Positions 48,108-58,343 of a stretch of 64,000 bases of DNA are shown here, piece by piece. Numbering within the stretch: position 1 is the first letter of the stretch; every line of letters begins with the position of its first letter. Source of the DNA: Minisyncoccota bacterium (GTDB lineage Bacteria; Patescibacteriota; Minisyncoccia; Phycocordibacterales; UBA9973); the NCBI GenBank assembly GCA_041662525.1, contig JBAZSF010000001.1, positions 105,383-169,382 on the forward strand, given 5' to 3'. The translations under genes were made by a program, and so were the position numbers. The notes under the pieces were generated by a model that was not told where the DNA came from, searched no databases, and worked only from the letters and a program-made list of their open reading frames with translations.

Positions 48108-48902
48108 TTATTGAGGAGGAATAACTTTTGGAAGAACGTTCATGCCACTAATACCAAAAGTACTTCCCAATATTCCTACTAATCCCCAGACAGACAACAT
48201 CACTGCCAAGGCAATAATCCCCCAGATCATAAATTGCTTGCCTTGTTCCCTCTTTGCCTCTTCATCAGCATTAATAATAAAAAATTGCACTACACCCCAA
48301 ACAAACATCACGGTAGCTAAAGCAAAAATCAAAGGAATAATTGAATCATTGATAATTTTAGTGATATAACACAATACATCTTGAAATTTTGGTTCACCAG
48401 CGAGACTGCAAGTGGTGCCATTCCCCCCAGTCACAGCTAAAGTAGAAATAGATGGAGGAGTAGCGCCACTAAGACCGAAAGTATTTACGACAATATTCAC
48501 TAAACCCCACAAACCAACGACAACCGCAAAGCCGATAATACCGTAAATTATCCTGTCTTTCCCTTTTTCCTTTGCCGCTTCTTCGTCAGAGATGACGTAT
48601 TGCACTACCCCCCAGACAAAATAAACCACTCCCAAAGCAATCAAAACTGGAAGAATAGAATTTAGAAGTTGCTTTAATTGACATATTATTTTTCCAAGAC
48701 CAGTTAAAGCATTACAAGATGAAGACAATTGTCCTGATGGTATACATGGTTGATTTGTAGCTATATTAGTTATAGGATCCACGATACAAGATTCATTAGG
48801 ATTAGGTACAGAAGCGTGAATTCCAAAAATTGGAATAAATAACCCAAAAAGTATAACTAATATAGTAATACCAAAACTAAATTTAAATATTTTTTTCTTC
48901 AT
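48108..48902 (-). CDS. Tandem double-domain VirB2/TrbC-like pilin
   Basis: Two pilin units (KEKGKDRIIYGIIG; REQGKQFMIWGIIA); ATG 48902. Confidence 0.75.
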   Translation of the reverse strand: MKKKIFKFSFGITILVILFGLFIPIFGIHASVPNPNESCIVDPITNIATNQPCIPSGQLSSSCNALTGLGKIICQLKQLLNSILPVLIALGVVYFVWGVVQYVISDEEAAKEKGKDRIIYGIIGFAVVVGLWGLVNIVVNTFGLSGATPPSISTLAVTGGNGTTCSLAGEPKFQDVLCYITKIINDSIIPLIFALATVMFVWGVVQFFIINADEEAKREQGKQFMIWGIIALAVMLSVWGLVGILGSTFGISGMNVLPKVIPPQ

Positions 48903-48906
48903 AAAT

Positions 48907-49272
48907 TTACAATGCAAGCACTGTCGCTGATATCATTTTAGCGATAGCCCATGATCCTAATAATATTCCTGCACCGACTATAGTCCAAGTAAGAGCGTCT
49001 TTGGCTTTGGTAATTGCTTCTGGATTACCTCTCGCCGACACAAAAAGAAAACCACAGTAAATAATAGCTAGAGCTATGATAGGTATGCTGATTTTTAGCG
49101 CACCTTCTAAGATAGTTTGAATAAGGCCTGGAATTGAAGTAAAACGACCTTCTCCTAATGGATTAACAATTTTGCCTTGAGTAGGATCAGAATTGGGACC
49201 ATCAGCAAAAGAAATAATAGGAACGATAAACACATAAACAATTAAAACTAATTTCTGCCAATTTTTTTTCAT
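48907..49272 (-). CDS. VirB2/TrbC-like pilin
   Basis: IVNPL, GFLFVSARGNPEAITKAKDALTWTIVG; ATG 49272. Confidence 0.8.
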   Translation of the reverse strand: MKKNWQKLVLIVYVFIVPIISFADGPNSDPTQGKIVNPLGEGRFTSIPGLIQTILEGALKISIPIIALAIIYCGFLFVSARGNPEAITKAKDALTWTIVGAGILLGSWAIAKMISATVLAL

Positions 49273-49288
49273 AAAATTTATAATTATA

Positions 49289-49690
49289 TTATATACCATC
49301 TGATAAAGGATTAAAACCAAGCCAACTACCTTCATAACCCAAGATTGATAATACTGTCCGAATAATTAAAAAAGCAGCTACCGCGATGATCAACCCAAAG
49401 ACTGCATTAAAAAAGATACCTTTTGCTTTTGTTCTAGCGCCTGCTACCTCCCCACCTGCTGTTATTAAAAGAAAACCAGCATAAGCAAACATTATAGCTG
49501 CTATAGGTATAACCAGATTAAAAAGAATAAAATGAATGACTTTATTTATTAGTGCCATAAAGGCATTAAAGTCACAAAGTTTTTCAGCTGAATTATCACA
49601 GGGAACTAAACCATCTGCTAAAGAAAGAGCTGGCACGATAAGAATTAAAAATATTAAGATTGAGATTATAATTTTTTTTGTTTTTTGCAT
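49289..49690 (-). CDS. VirB2/TrbC-like pilin
   Basis: GLVPC...CDF, YAGFLLITAGG...KAKGIFFNAVFG. Confidence 0.8.
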   Translation of the reverse strand: MQKTKKIIISILIFLILIVPALSLADGLVPCDNSAEKLCDFNAFMALINKVIHFILFNLVIPIAAIMFAYAGFLLITAGGEVAGARTKAKGIFFNAVFGLIIAVAAFLIIRTVLSILGYEGSWLGFNPLSDGI

Positions 49691-49691
49691 T

Positions 49692-49736
49692 TGATTTTAC
49701 GAAATCATGTCGCGCAATCGTCCACTAAAGCGTGAC
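49692..49736. repeat. 45-nt double-hairpin motif, copy 3 (fills SBP-pilin spacer)
   Basis: 43/45 identical to copy 2. Confidence 0.85.
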
Positions 49737-49737
49737 G

Positions 49738-51024
49738 CTATTTAAATAATAAAAGACTCAATTTGGTGTTTGCATCTTTGATCGCATCTGCTACCGACAT
49801 ATTGTTAGAAATCACTGCATTGATCATTTCACTAAAAATAGTATCAGTATTTTTAGATGCTGGGTCAAGCCAACTCTTTGCATATAGTGCTGAATCGTAA
49901 AAAATAGGAGAGTATGCATCTTGTGGTTTAATAGCAAGCAAATCTCTGCGTGCGGGAGGCATACCTGTTACCGTCGAAAATTTTGAAGCAAAATCCCCCG
50001 TAGCCATCAAGCTCGCAGCGAGAAAAGCTGTGCTGATATTTTTAGAAAAAGAAGAAATAGCAACTCCGGTCACTCTGGCTCCAGTTACTTTAGCAGTAGA
50101 ATTCTTAATTTGAGGCATAGGGGCAACAAAGAAATTTTGATTAGGATTTCTTTTTACCATAGATTGAAGTTCAGATGCATATCCAAAGTAGAAAGCTAAA
50201 TCCTCCCTTGAAAAAGCGTCATTGGAATTTGGGAAAGATCTATTCCAGGAATACACTGCATTGTTTGGATTGGCAAAATCTGTATAGAATTTTAACATTG
50301 AAGGAAGGTTAAAGCTTCCAATAGACGAACCTAAAGTCGAACTCAAAACTCCATCTTTTTCTTTTACTATAGGGTTACCTGCCTGCATAAAAAGAGTAGC
50401 GAGTATGTCTTTGAAATGAACTATGTTTGAAGAATATCCAAATGCTAATGCGCTTTTTGTTATTTTGTTTGAATCATCTTTTTTGGTAAGAGTAGGCACG
50501 ATATTTACCATCTCTTCCCAAGAAGATGGAGGATAAATAATTCCATTTGCATCAAGGATGCTCCTATTGTAATACATCATAAGCGGATCAATAGAGATTG
50601 GGAAAGCTAAAATACCGCTACCAGTTAGAAACACTTCTCCCGCGCCTGCAAAATTATTCTTAAATGAGGTCAAAGAATAACTCTGATACGGAATAGTAAA
50701 AATTTTATTAGTGTAATGAAAAACTAAATCATCAGACAAGAAAAACATATCTGGTCCTGTCCCAGAAGCAGAAGCTTCTAGTAGGTCTTGGTCAAAAGTG
50801 TCGGCAGATTTTTGTACATAAGTGACAACAAAAGTAGGATTAGCATTATTAAAATCCCTCATTACGTTAGATATTGTTGCATTTGGTACTGTTCCCCATA
50901 AAACTACTTTACCGAGACTCCCTGTACTAGTCTTCCCGACTGGGATTGCGCCAGAAAAAACCAAAACACCCAAAATAGCTGCAGCAATAAATATAACCAA
51001 AAAGATTATTTGAAAATTCTTCAT
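49738..51024 (-). CDS. Extracellular solute-binding protein (sugar ABC SBP family 1-like)
   Basis: N-terminal anchor, GPDMF, MYYNRSIL, PPSSWEEM, VAPMPQ. Confidence 0.8.
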   Translation of the reverse strand: MKNFQIIFLVIFIAAAILGVLVFSGAIPVGKTSTGSLGKVVLWGTVPNATISNVMRDFNNANPTFVVTYVQKSADTFDQDLLEASASGTGPDMFFLSDDLVFHYTNKIFTIPYQSYSLTSFKNNFAGAGEVFLTGSGILAFPISIDPLMMYYNRSILDANGIIYPPSSWEEMVNIVPTLTKKDDSNKITKSALAFGYSSNIVHFKDILATLFMQAGNPIVKEKDGVLSSTLGSSIGSFNLPSMLKFYTDFANPNNAVYSWNRSFPNSNDAFSREDLAFYFGYASELQSMVKRNPNQNFFVAPMPQIKNSTAKVTGARVTGVAISSFSKNISTAFLAASLMATGDFASKFSTVTGMPPARRDLLAIKPQDAYSPIFYDSALYAKSWLDPASKNTDTIFSEMINAVISNNMSVADAIKDANTKLSLLLFK

Positions 51025-51536
51025 TCCTTAATTAATATCATACCATAATGATGCTCTCCTGCATCAATTTCTCTATCCACAACAAAACCTTTTTTCTGAA
51101 ACATCTCTAAGGATTTATCTTTAGAGATAATAGTAGTGCCACTCATGATCGAAGACTCGGACCAGTCAATCAACAATATTTTCCCTTTTGGTTTCAATAT
51201 TCTTTTTATCTCTTCAATAAACTTTTCTTTATTTTCCACTTGAAAAAGTATATTTGAAGCGATAACTGCATCTGCTATGCCATCACCGATTTTTGTCCCA
51301 CCCAGCTTCTCCACATCTCCTAAAATAATTTCAACATTATCTAGATGGAGCTCCGATATTTTTCTTTTAATAGTATCTAAAAAATCTTTTTGTAATTCAA
51401 CTGCATACACTTTTCCTTTTGGTACAAGCTCTCCCAGTGCAACAGAGTAATACCCAGTCCCCGCTCCTAAATCCGCCACGATACTATCCTCTCTTAATCC
51501 AAAAGCTTTTAAATTTTTTACAGGATTAGTGAACAT
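51021..51536 (-). CDS. Class I SAM-dependent methyltransferase
   Basis: VADLGAGTG, VYAVE, RILKPKG. Confidence 0.88.
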   Translation of the reverse strand: MFTNPVKNLKAFGLREDSIVADLGAGTGYYSVALGELVPKGKVYAVELQKDFLDTIKRKISELHLDNVEIILGDVEKLGGTKIGDGIADAVIASNILFQVENKEKFIEEIKRILKPKGKILLIDWSESSIMSGTTIISKDKSLEMFQKKGFVVDREIDAGEHHYGMILIKE

Positions 51537-51545
51537 GATTGTATT

Positions 51546-54020
51546 TTAAACACAAGCCAAAGAAGCAATGCCGTCGCCAGCGCGCAAACGCATTATCGTC
51601 ACCCCTTGAGTCTGGCGACCAAGAGAGGAAATATCTTTTAAGGCTGTCCTGATAACTTGCCCTTTTTTAGACATGGCGATTAATTCCACTTCTTCTCCCG
51701 TTAAAACTTTTGCCACAATGAGTTTACCGGTTTTAGAAGTTACTTTGGCCGTTTTCACACCCGAACCACCACGTTTTTGTACTTTATATTCTTTTAAGCT
51801 TGTCTTTTTACCAAAACCATTTGCACTCATTGTAAGAAATGCACCTGTCTCGCCACCTTTTTTCTGACTATTCTTTATGACATCAACCCCTATTACTTCG
51901 TCAGCTTTACTAAGTCTAATACCACTGACCCCTCCAGCCGTCCTGCCCATTTCACGTACATCAGACTCTTTAAATCTAATTGATTGGCCATTCGTCGTGG
52001 CAATCATGACTTCATCACCTTTCTCTACGGAAAGTGCTGAAATGAGTTGATCGTCTTTATCTAGACGAATAGCTATGATACCGCTCCTACGTACATCTTT
52101 GAAACTTTCAGAAGACATTTTTTTTGCTGTACCATTTTTAGTAACCAGCATAAGTGAAGAAGAAGTTTTAGTTAAATCTTTCGGCATGGCAAGAATTGAG
52201 GTCACTTTTTCCTCTCCAGAAAGCGCCAAAAAATTCATTATTGATTTCCCCTTAGTTGCTCTACGGCCTTCAGGGATATCATACATTTTCATTTGATAAA
52301 CTTTACCAAGGTTTGTAAAGAAAAGCAGATTGCTATGAGTAGAACCAGAAACAAGCATCGTGACAAAATCTTCTTCCTTGGTTTCAAGATCAACCACTCC
52401 GACTCCTCCTCTTTTTTGAGCGCGATATTCAGATGGGTCTGTGCATTTTACATACCCTCCAGCTGTGAGCACGAGCATTGTCTCTTTTTCTGGAATCAAA
52501 TCCTCATCAGAAATTTCTTTCACTCCGCCTTTGACTATCCTCGTTCGACGTTCATCTGCATATTTCTCTCGGATTTCTTTTAATTCATCAGCGATCACTT
52601 TTAATATTTTTTTTGAACTAGAAAGCAAATCTTTCATTGATGCAATAAATTTTTGTTTTTCGGCAAGCTCGTCTTCCACTGCTTTTCTCTCCAGTCCGGC
52701 CAATTTGGCCAATTTCATTTCCAAAATAGCAGTCGCCTGTAAATCTGAAAATTTAAATTCTTTTATTAAATTTAATTTAGCAATTTGAGAATTCTTGGAT
52801 CCACGGATAATAGTAATAACACGATCTATCTTGTCTAATGCTTTTTTCAAGCCAAGTAAAATATGTTCACGCTCCTCGGCTTTTCTCAGATCATAAGCAG
52901 TCCTTCTTTTTACAACCTCTTTTCTATGCTCGATAAATAAAGCTAAGATGGATTTCAAGGACAAAGTTTGCGGTACTCCATCCACCAAAGCAACCATATT
53001 AAAATTGAAATTGGATTCGAGTTGAGTATTTTTATAAATATAATTTAAAACTTTTTCAGGATGAGCGCTTGGTTTTAAATCAATCACTACCCTAATATCT
53101 TTTGTAGACTCATCCCGAAGCCCCTTGATACCTTCAAGCTTTTTTTCTTGAACTAATTCTGCAATACTGATTATTAAATTAGCTTTATTTACCCTAAAAG
53201 GAATAGAAGTAATGATGATAGAAAAATTACCATCTTTTTGTTCTACTATTTCCGCTTCACCTCGACAGACTACTCCACCCCTACCTGATCCGTATGCGTG
53301 AAGCATGTCTTTGTATCCATAAGCAATTCCACCAGTCGGAAAATCTGGACCTTTGACAAATTGCATTAGATCTTCAGTCGTCGCATCACTGTTTTCGATT
53401 AAATAATTTGTCGCATCTAAAATTTCTGCCAAGTTGTGCGAAGGAATATTTGTCGCCATACCGACAGCGATACCGAGCGTACCGTTCAAAAGTAAAGCCG
53501 GAACAGCTGACGGTAAGACTATTGGCTCTTTGCGAGTTTGATCATAGTTTGGACGAAAATCGACAGTTTCTTTTTCTAAATCTCTTAACAATTCGTTTGA
53601 AATCTTCATCATCTTTGCCTCCGTATAACGCATAGCAGCTGCATTATCTCCATCGATGGAACCAAAGTTCCCTTGTCCCCAAATCAAAGGGTAACGATAA
53701 GAAAATTCTTGCGCCATGCCAACCATCGTATCGTAAACAGCCGTATCTCCGTGTGGATGATATTTTCCGAGCACATCTCCGACAATCGCGGCTGACTTTC
53801 TAAAACGTGCCGAGGAAGTAAGCCCCATTTCGTTCATACCAAATAAAATCCTGCGATGCACAGGCTTTAAACCATCTCGGACATCTGGTAAAGCACGGGA
53901 AGTAATAACCGTCATAGCATAGGCGATATAAGATTCTTTCATTTCCGCTACGATATCAATGGGCAGAATTGTATCTGTTTTTATTTCTTCATTTGATTCT
54001 GATGTAGATTTTTTTGCCAT
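51546..54020 (-). CDS. gyrA: DNA gyrase subunit A
   Basis: [29 protein letters not shown], GyrA-box QKRGGVG. Confidence 0.97.
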   Translation of the reverse strand: MAKKSTSESNEEIKTDTILPIDIVAEMKESYIAYAMTVITSRALPDVRDGLKPVHRRILFGMNEMGLTSSARFRKSAAIVGDVLGKYHPHGDTAVYDTMVGMAQEFSYRYPLIWGQGNFGSIDGDNAAAMRYTEAKMMKISNELLRDLEKETVDFRPNYDQTRKEPIVLPSAVPALLLNGTLGIAVGMATNIPSHNLAEILDATNYLIENSDATTEDLMQFVKGPDFPTGGIAYGYKDMLHAYGSGRGGVVCRGEAEIVEQKDGNFSIIITSIPFRVNKANLIISIAELVQEKKLEGIKGLRDESTKDIRVVIDLKPSAHPEKVLNYIYKNTQLESNFNFNMVALVDGVPQTLSLKSILALFIEHRKEVVKRRTAYDLRKAEEREHILLGLKKALDKIDRVITIIRGSKNSQIAKLNLIKEFKFSDLQATAILEMKLAKLAGLERKAVEDELAEKQKFIASMKDLLSSSKKILKVIADELKEIREKYADERRTRIVKGGVKEISDEDLIPEKETMLVLTAGGYVKCTDPSEYRAQKRGGVGVVDLETKEEDFVTMLVSGSTHSNLLFFTNLGKVYQMKMYDIPEGRRATKGKSIMNFLALSGEEKVTSILAMPKDLTKTSSSLMLVTKNGTAKKMSSESFKDVRRSGIIAIRLDKDDQLISALSVEKGDEVMIATTNGQSIRFKESDVREMGRTAGGVSGIRLSKADEVIGVDVIKNSQKKGGETGAFLTMSANGFGKKTSLKEYKVQKRGGSGVKTAKVTSKTGKLIVAKVLTGEEVELIAMSKKGQVIRTALKDISSLGRQTQGVTIMRLRAGDGIASLACV

Positions 54021-54021
54021 C

Positions 54022-54231
54022 TTATTGCCCAGTTAGATTATCTTTTAATATAGAAAGTGGTTTTAAATCCTGACTTATTTTTGCTCGAGTGTCTATATTC
54101 GTCAAAGTTGTTCCTAGAGAATAAATCCAAAACAAAAATAAAATAACTGCGCAGATGATTATGGCAATATGTAAAATATGTCTCTTGATGTGTTCAGGCT
54201 GTTTTCTAATATGATGAATCGCTTTTCTCAT
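54022..54231 (-). CDS. Small single-TM hypothetical protein
   Basis: Tightly coupled between neighbours; one TM. Confidence 0.6.
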   Translation of the reverse strand: MRKAIHHIRKQPEHIKRHILHIAIIICAVILFLFWIYSLGTTLTNIDTRAKISQDLKPLSILKDNLTGQ

Positions 54232-54869
54232 GTTGTTTTTAATATTATTACTTCTCCTTCTTTGTTGTCTAAATCTTTTCTCTTTAGGGTTAATTTATCT
54301 ACTACCTCCGCTTTTTCTTCTCCTATTTCTTTCAAAAATACTTTCAATGTATTCTCATCATAATCCATTGGAATTATTAATTTCGGCTCAAGTGATGATG
54401 CTAGCTTGGCTGCAGTTTTAGCGTCTAGTAAACCTGTCTCCTTTCCACCTATTGGAATAAAAAGAATGTCTGGACTACTTAATGCTTCACGTGATTCTTT
54501 AGATAATTCTCCTTCAGACAACGCTCCTAAAAATAAAATATCAATATTATCAACCGACAAAGAATAAATAGTATTAATGTGTTTTTTACCGGCAATCAAT
54601 GAATGCGACAAAAGTCCTTTAATAAAAATTTCTTTTATTTCGTAATCCCCTGGTCCATTAATAACAAAAGGAGCTCGCTCGCCATGGCTCAGTTGTTCAA
54701 TTCCATTATAATCAGGATGGTTTGTAGTTACTAAAGCAATATCTGCACCAAAGTGTGCTCCCATGCCATTTTTAGAACTCTTGCTCTCTTTGCTTATGGG
54801 ATTAAAAGCGAGAACCATCTCGCCTTGTTGTATTTTAAAAAATTGTTTACCGAAATATGTGATTATCAT
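54228..54869 (-). CDS. Metallo-beta-lactamase-fold protein (degenerate metal motif)
   Basis: IITYFG, TTNHPDYN, GPGDYEI, DILFIPIGG, IIPMDY; ATG 54869 follows TGcTAGAAT. Confidence 0.75.
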   Translation of the reverse strand: MIITYFGKQFFKIQQGEMVLAFNPISKESKSSKNGMGAHFGADIALVTTNHPDYNGIEQLSHGERAPFVINGPGDYEIKEIFIKGLLSHSLIAGKKHINTIYSLSVDNIDILFLGALSEGELSKESREALSSPDILFIPIGGKETGLLDAKTAAKLASSLEPKLIIPMDYDENTLKVFLKEIGEEKAEVVDKLTLKRKDLDNKEGEVIILKTT

Positions 54870-55001
54870 TATTTGCATTCTAGCATATTTTTTGTTAGAG
54901 TAAAAGTATTAAAAGCAGTATTTAGGGTAACCCTATTGAGTGTAAGTCCCTCCTTAGAACCTAAACCTTATATCCGCTTTAAGGCGGATGTTTTAATTAT
55001 T

Positions 55002-56078
55002 ATGGAAAATGAAGAAATAAAAGAAAATTTAGTTTTAAGCTCGATAGTAGATAGAAGCACAAATAAACCAGAAATTGATTCTCTGGTAGAAGGTCCAGTA
55101 ATTTTGATAGAAAAATCTTCCGTATATTTAGACCTAGCACCCTTTGGTATAGGTATTATTTATGGCCGAGAATTTATCAATGCAAAAGATGTCATAAACA
55201 ATATTAGTCTAGGTGATATCATCAAAGCAAAAATTGTTGAAACAGAAAACGAAGATGGTTATACCGAACTTTCCTTAAAAGAAGCTAGACAAGCTCTCGC
55301 TTGGAGTGAAGCTGAGAAAGCAATCAAAGCAAAAACAATTTTAAATTTAGAAGTAAAAGATGCGAACAAAGGAGGCCTCATCTTGGAATGGCAAGGTATC
55401 CAAGGATTTCTCCCTGCTTCACAACTCAAATCTGATCATTATCCTCGAGTATTAGATTCAGACAAAGATAAGATATTAAAGGAACTAAAAAAACTTATTG
55501 GGGAACACATTTCTGTGATGATTATTTCCACCCTTCCAAAAGAAGGAAAATTAATCTTTTCTGAAAAAGACAATAATCCTGAAGAGAAAAAGGAAATTTT
55601 AAGCAAATATAATGTTGGTGACAATCTAGATTGTACTGTTGCAGGCATAGTTGATTTTGGAATATTCTTGAAACTAGAAGACGGATTGGAAGGGCTTGTT
55701 CATATTTCTGAGCTTGATTGGGGATTAGTAGAAGACCCAAGAAATATTTTTAAAGTTGGAGATAAAATAAAAGCTAAAGTAATTGAAATAAAAGATGGAA
55801 AAATATCTCTTTCCGTTAAAGCCCTCAAAGAAAATCCATGGAAAGAATTTGAAGGAAAATTAAAGAAAGGAGATATCATCAAAGGTGTAGTCATCAAATA
55901 CAATAAACACGGAGCTCTCGTATCTATCAAAGAAGGTGTGGCTGGACTTGTACACAATTCCACCTTCGCTTCTGAAGCAAAGCTTCGCGAGAAATTAGAG
56001 CTTGGAAAGAATTATAATTTCCAGATCACTTTGTTTGAACCAAAAGATCAAAAGATGACATTGATACATTTGGAATAA
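55002..56078 (+). CDS. rpsA: 30S ribosomal protein S1 (four S1 domains)
   Basis: ANKGGL, GFLPASQ, EGLVHISEL; ATG 55002 (upstream extension in track is shadow of opposite gene). Confidence 0.9.
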   Translation: MENEEIKENLVLSSIVDRSTNKPEIDSLVEGPVILIEKSSVYLDLAPFGIGIIYGREFINAKDVINNISLGDIIKAKIVETENEDGYTELSLKEARQALAWSEAEKAIKAKTILNLEVKDANKGGLILEWQGIQGFLPASQLKSDHYPRVLDSDKDKILKELKKLIGEHISVMIISTLPKEGKLIFSEKDNNPEEKKEILSKYNVGDNLDCTVAGIVDFGIFLKLEDGLEGLVHISELDWGLVEDPRNIFKVGDKIKAKVIEIKDGKISLSVKALKENPWKEFEGKLKKGDIIKGVVIKYNKHGALVSIKEGVAGLVHNSTFASEAKLREKLELGKNYNFQITLFEPKDQKMTLIHLE

Positions 56079-56085
56079 ATAAACT

Positions 56086-56126
56086 AAACAAAAAAAATCC
56101 CGCATAATGCGGGATTTTTTTTGTTT
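56086..56126. terminator. Bidirectional terminator
   Basis: aaacaaaaaaaatcccgcat-a-atgcgggattttttttgttt. Confidence 0.85.
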
Positions 56127-56727
56127 ATGTAGTTGAATTTTTAGGAGTCACCGCCAAGTCTGTGTCTACCTCTCCAATGTTATCCATAATAGATATTACC
56201 TGTTCTGCATATTTAGGAATAATAGAAGGTGGATTGTAGGCATGGAGAATTCCTTTAGTGGTTTTATCATCATAATGTTTTGCTGTCTTTGGATTATTCC
56301 CGCCCAAATTTCTAGCTACAGTTTCGATAGCGCCATCAATTGACTTAAAGCCTATCTTGCATGAACCCCAGCCGAAAGGATTATTTTTTACTCTTTTACA
56401 AGCAAATTTCCCTCCAGTGGATTCTCGCACAGCAATAGCTGGCAACAAACGCCAGTCAAGGTCGTTCTTTTCCGCCTCTTCTACCATTTTCATACCAGTT
56501 CCTTTAAGTGGCATACCGCGTTCAGAAAAATATGCATCAATAGCATCAGCCTTTGATTTTAGAGTTTGGTCAATTTGCTGATCATCTACTGGGGCAATAA
56601 ATGAAACTTGTGGTTGATTTACCACATTAAGACCAGTATTCGGAAAAGTTCCGAAAGGGGTCATCATTGTCATTATTGGTAAAATAATAAACGACTCCAC
56701 GAACCTTATTGTTTTTGTTTTTTTCAT
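56125..56727 (-). CDS. Secreted lysozyme-like/glucosaminidase-type cell-wall hydrolase
   Basis: DWRLLPAIAVRESTGG, NNPFGWG, YNPP...YAEQV. Confidence 0.65.
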   Translation of the reverse strand: MKKTKTIRFVESFIILPIMTMMTPFGTFPNTGLNVVNQPQVSFIAPVDDQQIDQTLKSKADAIDAYFSERGMPLKGTGMKMVEEAEKNDLDWRLLPAIAVRESTGGKFACKRVKNNPFGWGSCKIGFKSIDGAIETVARNLGGNNPKTAKHYDDKTTKGILHAYNPPSIIPKYAEQVISIMDNIGEVDTDLAVTPKNSTT

Positions 56728-56974
56728 AATAAGCGGTTATGCTCCGCCAAACCAAAAACTGTGTAAAAACTAAAAAACCCTTACATAATAAGCTTTCGCC
56801 TATACTGTAAGGATGTACTAAAATAGTATCATATTTAATTACAAAAGTCAATAGTTATACAACATTTTTACTATATGTCAAACTAAAAAAAGCTTGTAAA
56901 ATAAGGTTATTTTAACACATACCTATTGACAACTGAGACTAAAAATAGAATAATAATGAGCTTGGGGATAAATC

Positions 56975-58300
56975 CTAAACAAGTTTAAATACTTCTTCAG
57001 CTACCTTATATGCTTCCCCTGCTCCCATCGTTATAAATACGTCTTTTTCACCTAATTTTAGATTCCTAACATAGTCTTCAGCTGTCTCGAAATCTTTAAA
57101 AGCAGTGGCTTCCCCTTTATGATTCCTTATGGCAGTAGCTAATTTATCACTGGAGATATCTGGATCAGGATTTTCACGAGCAAAAAAGATTGGTAATAGA
57201 AAAACATTATCCGCATCATCAAAACAAGTCACAAATTCATCAAAAAGAGCTTTGGTTCGGCTATACAGATGTGGCTGAAAAAGAACAGTAATATTTTTAT
57301 CTCCTTTTGGGTAAAGTTCTCGCAAAGCTTCTAGGCTTGCTTTTACTTCAGTCGGATGATGAGCATAGTCATCATAAACAATAGCCCCCTCTTTGGTAAC
57401 TCCTTTTTTCTCCAATCTACGCCAAGTGCCAGAAAATTCACTCAGTGCTTTTTGAGCAACTTCTTCTTCGATATTTAAAATATCAGCCACAGCCATAGCA
57501 CAAGCAGCATCCATTCGGTTATGAACTCCAGGCACAGAAAGCTGTGGAACTTTTTCTAAATATTCTAAATAATTCACAACTTTTGCTCTGTATTTCTCCT
57601 TTGATTCTTTTTTTAATATATTAGAAGTCGCAACATCGCTCAAATTGCAAACTATAAAATCATCAGTCTGCATTGCCATATCTCTAAAAGCGGATTCTAT
57701 GTCAGCTAGGTCTTTGTAATAATCCAAATGATCTGCCTCTATGTTCGTAATAACTAAAATTTTTGGCTTTATGTTTAAAAAAGATCTTTCATATTCGCAA
57801 GCTTCAACCACAAAATACTCACTTTTACCAACTATTAAATTTGATTTAGATTCTTTTAATAAAGAACCGACAATTACAGAGGGATCTTTATTTGCTTCAA
57901 TTAAAACCTTGCCAATCATCGCCGTAGTCGTGGTCTTGCCGTGGGTGCCAGAGACTGCAATAGTATATTTATTTGCTGTTACAATCCCCAAAGTTTCTGG
58001 ATAACTTAACATCTGAATATTTGAGTTTTGTAATTTTTTAAAAAATTCTGGGTCATATTTAGTAATTGAAATAGAATAAATAACTAGCTCAATATCTTTT
58101 GGAATCAATTCCATCGCTTGTCCTAACACTATTTTTGCCCCAAGCTTTTCTAGCTCGTCAGTTATTCCACTCATAGAAATATCGGACCCAAAAACCTCTT
58201 TCCCCTCGAGGAGCATCATTCGAGCAATAGCGGAGATACCGATCCCCCCAATTCCGACAAAGAAAACTTTTTTAATTTTTGATAAATCTAGATTCACCAT
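56975..58300 (-). CDS. murC: UDP-N-acetylmuramate--L-alanine ligase
   Basis: GIGGIGIS, GTHGKTTT, EACEY, DDYAHHPTE, FQPH, MGAG; ATG 58300. Confidence 0.95.
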   Translation of the reverse strand: MVNLDLSKIKKVFFVGIGGIGISAIARMMLLEGKEVFGSDISMSGITDELEKLGAKIVLGQAMELIPKDIELVIYSISITKYDPEFFKKLQNSNIQMLSYPETLGIVTANKYTIAVSGTHGKTTTTAMIGKVLIEANKDPSVIVGSLLKESKSNLIVGKSEYFVVEACEYERSFLNIKPKILVITNIEADHLDYYKDLADIESAFRDMAMQTDDFIVCNLSDVATSNILKKESKEKYRAKVVNYLEYLEKVPQLSVPGVHNRMDAACAMAVADILNIEEEVAQKALSEFSGTWRRLEKKGVTKEGAIVYDDYAHHPTEVKASLEALRELYPKGDKNITVLFQPHLYSRTKALFDEFVTCFDDADNVFLLPIFFARENPDPDISSDKLATAIRNHKGEATAFKDFETAEDYVRNLKLGEKDVFITMGAGEAYKVAEEVFKLV

Positions 58301-58343
58301 TAAGCTAATATACCACAAAGACTTAATATGCTAAACTACAGAA

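Noticed and set aside
51546-54020. Intein in GyrA (or in DnaB, ClpB)
   Set aside because: Lengths are normal and no intein splice motifs are visible in the portions present.
54753-55001. 83-aa N-terminal extension of S1 in the ORF track
   Set aside because: Overlaps the opposite-strand gene and the leader; ATG at 55002 fits S1.
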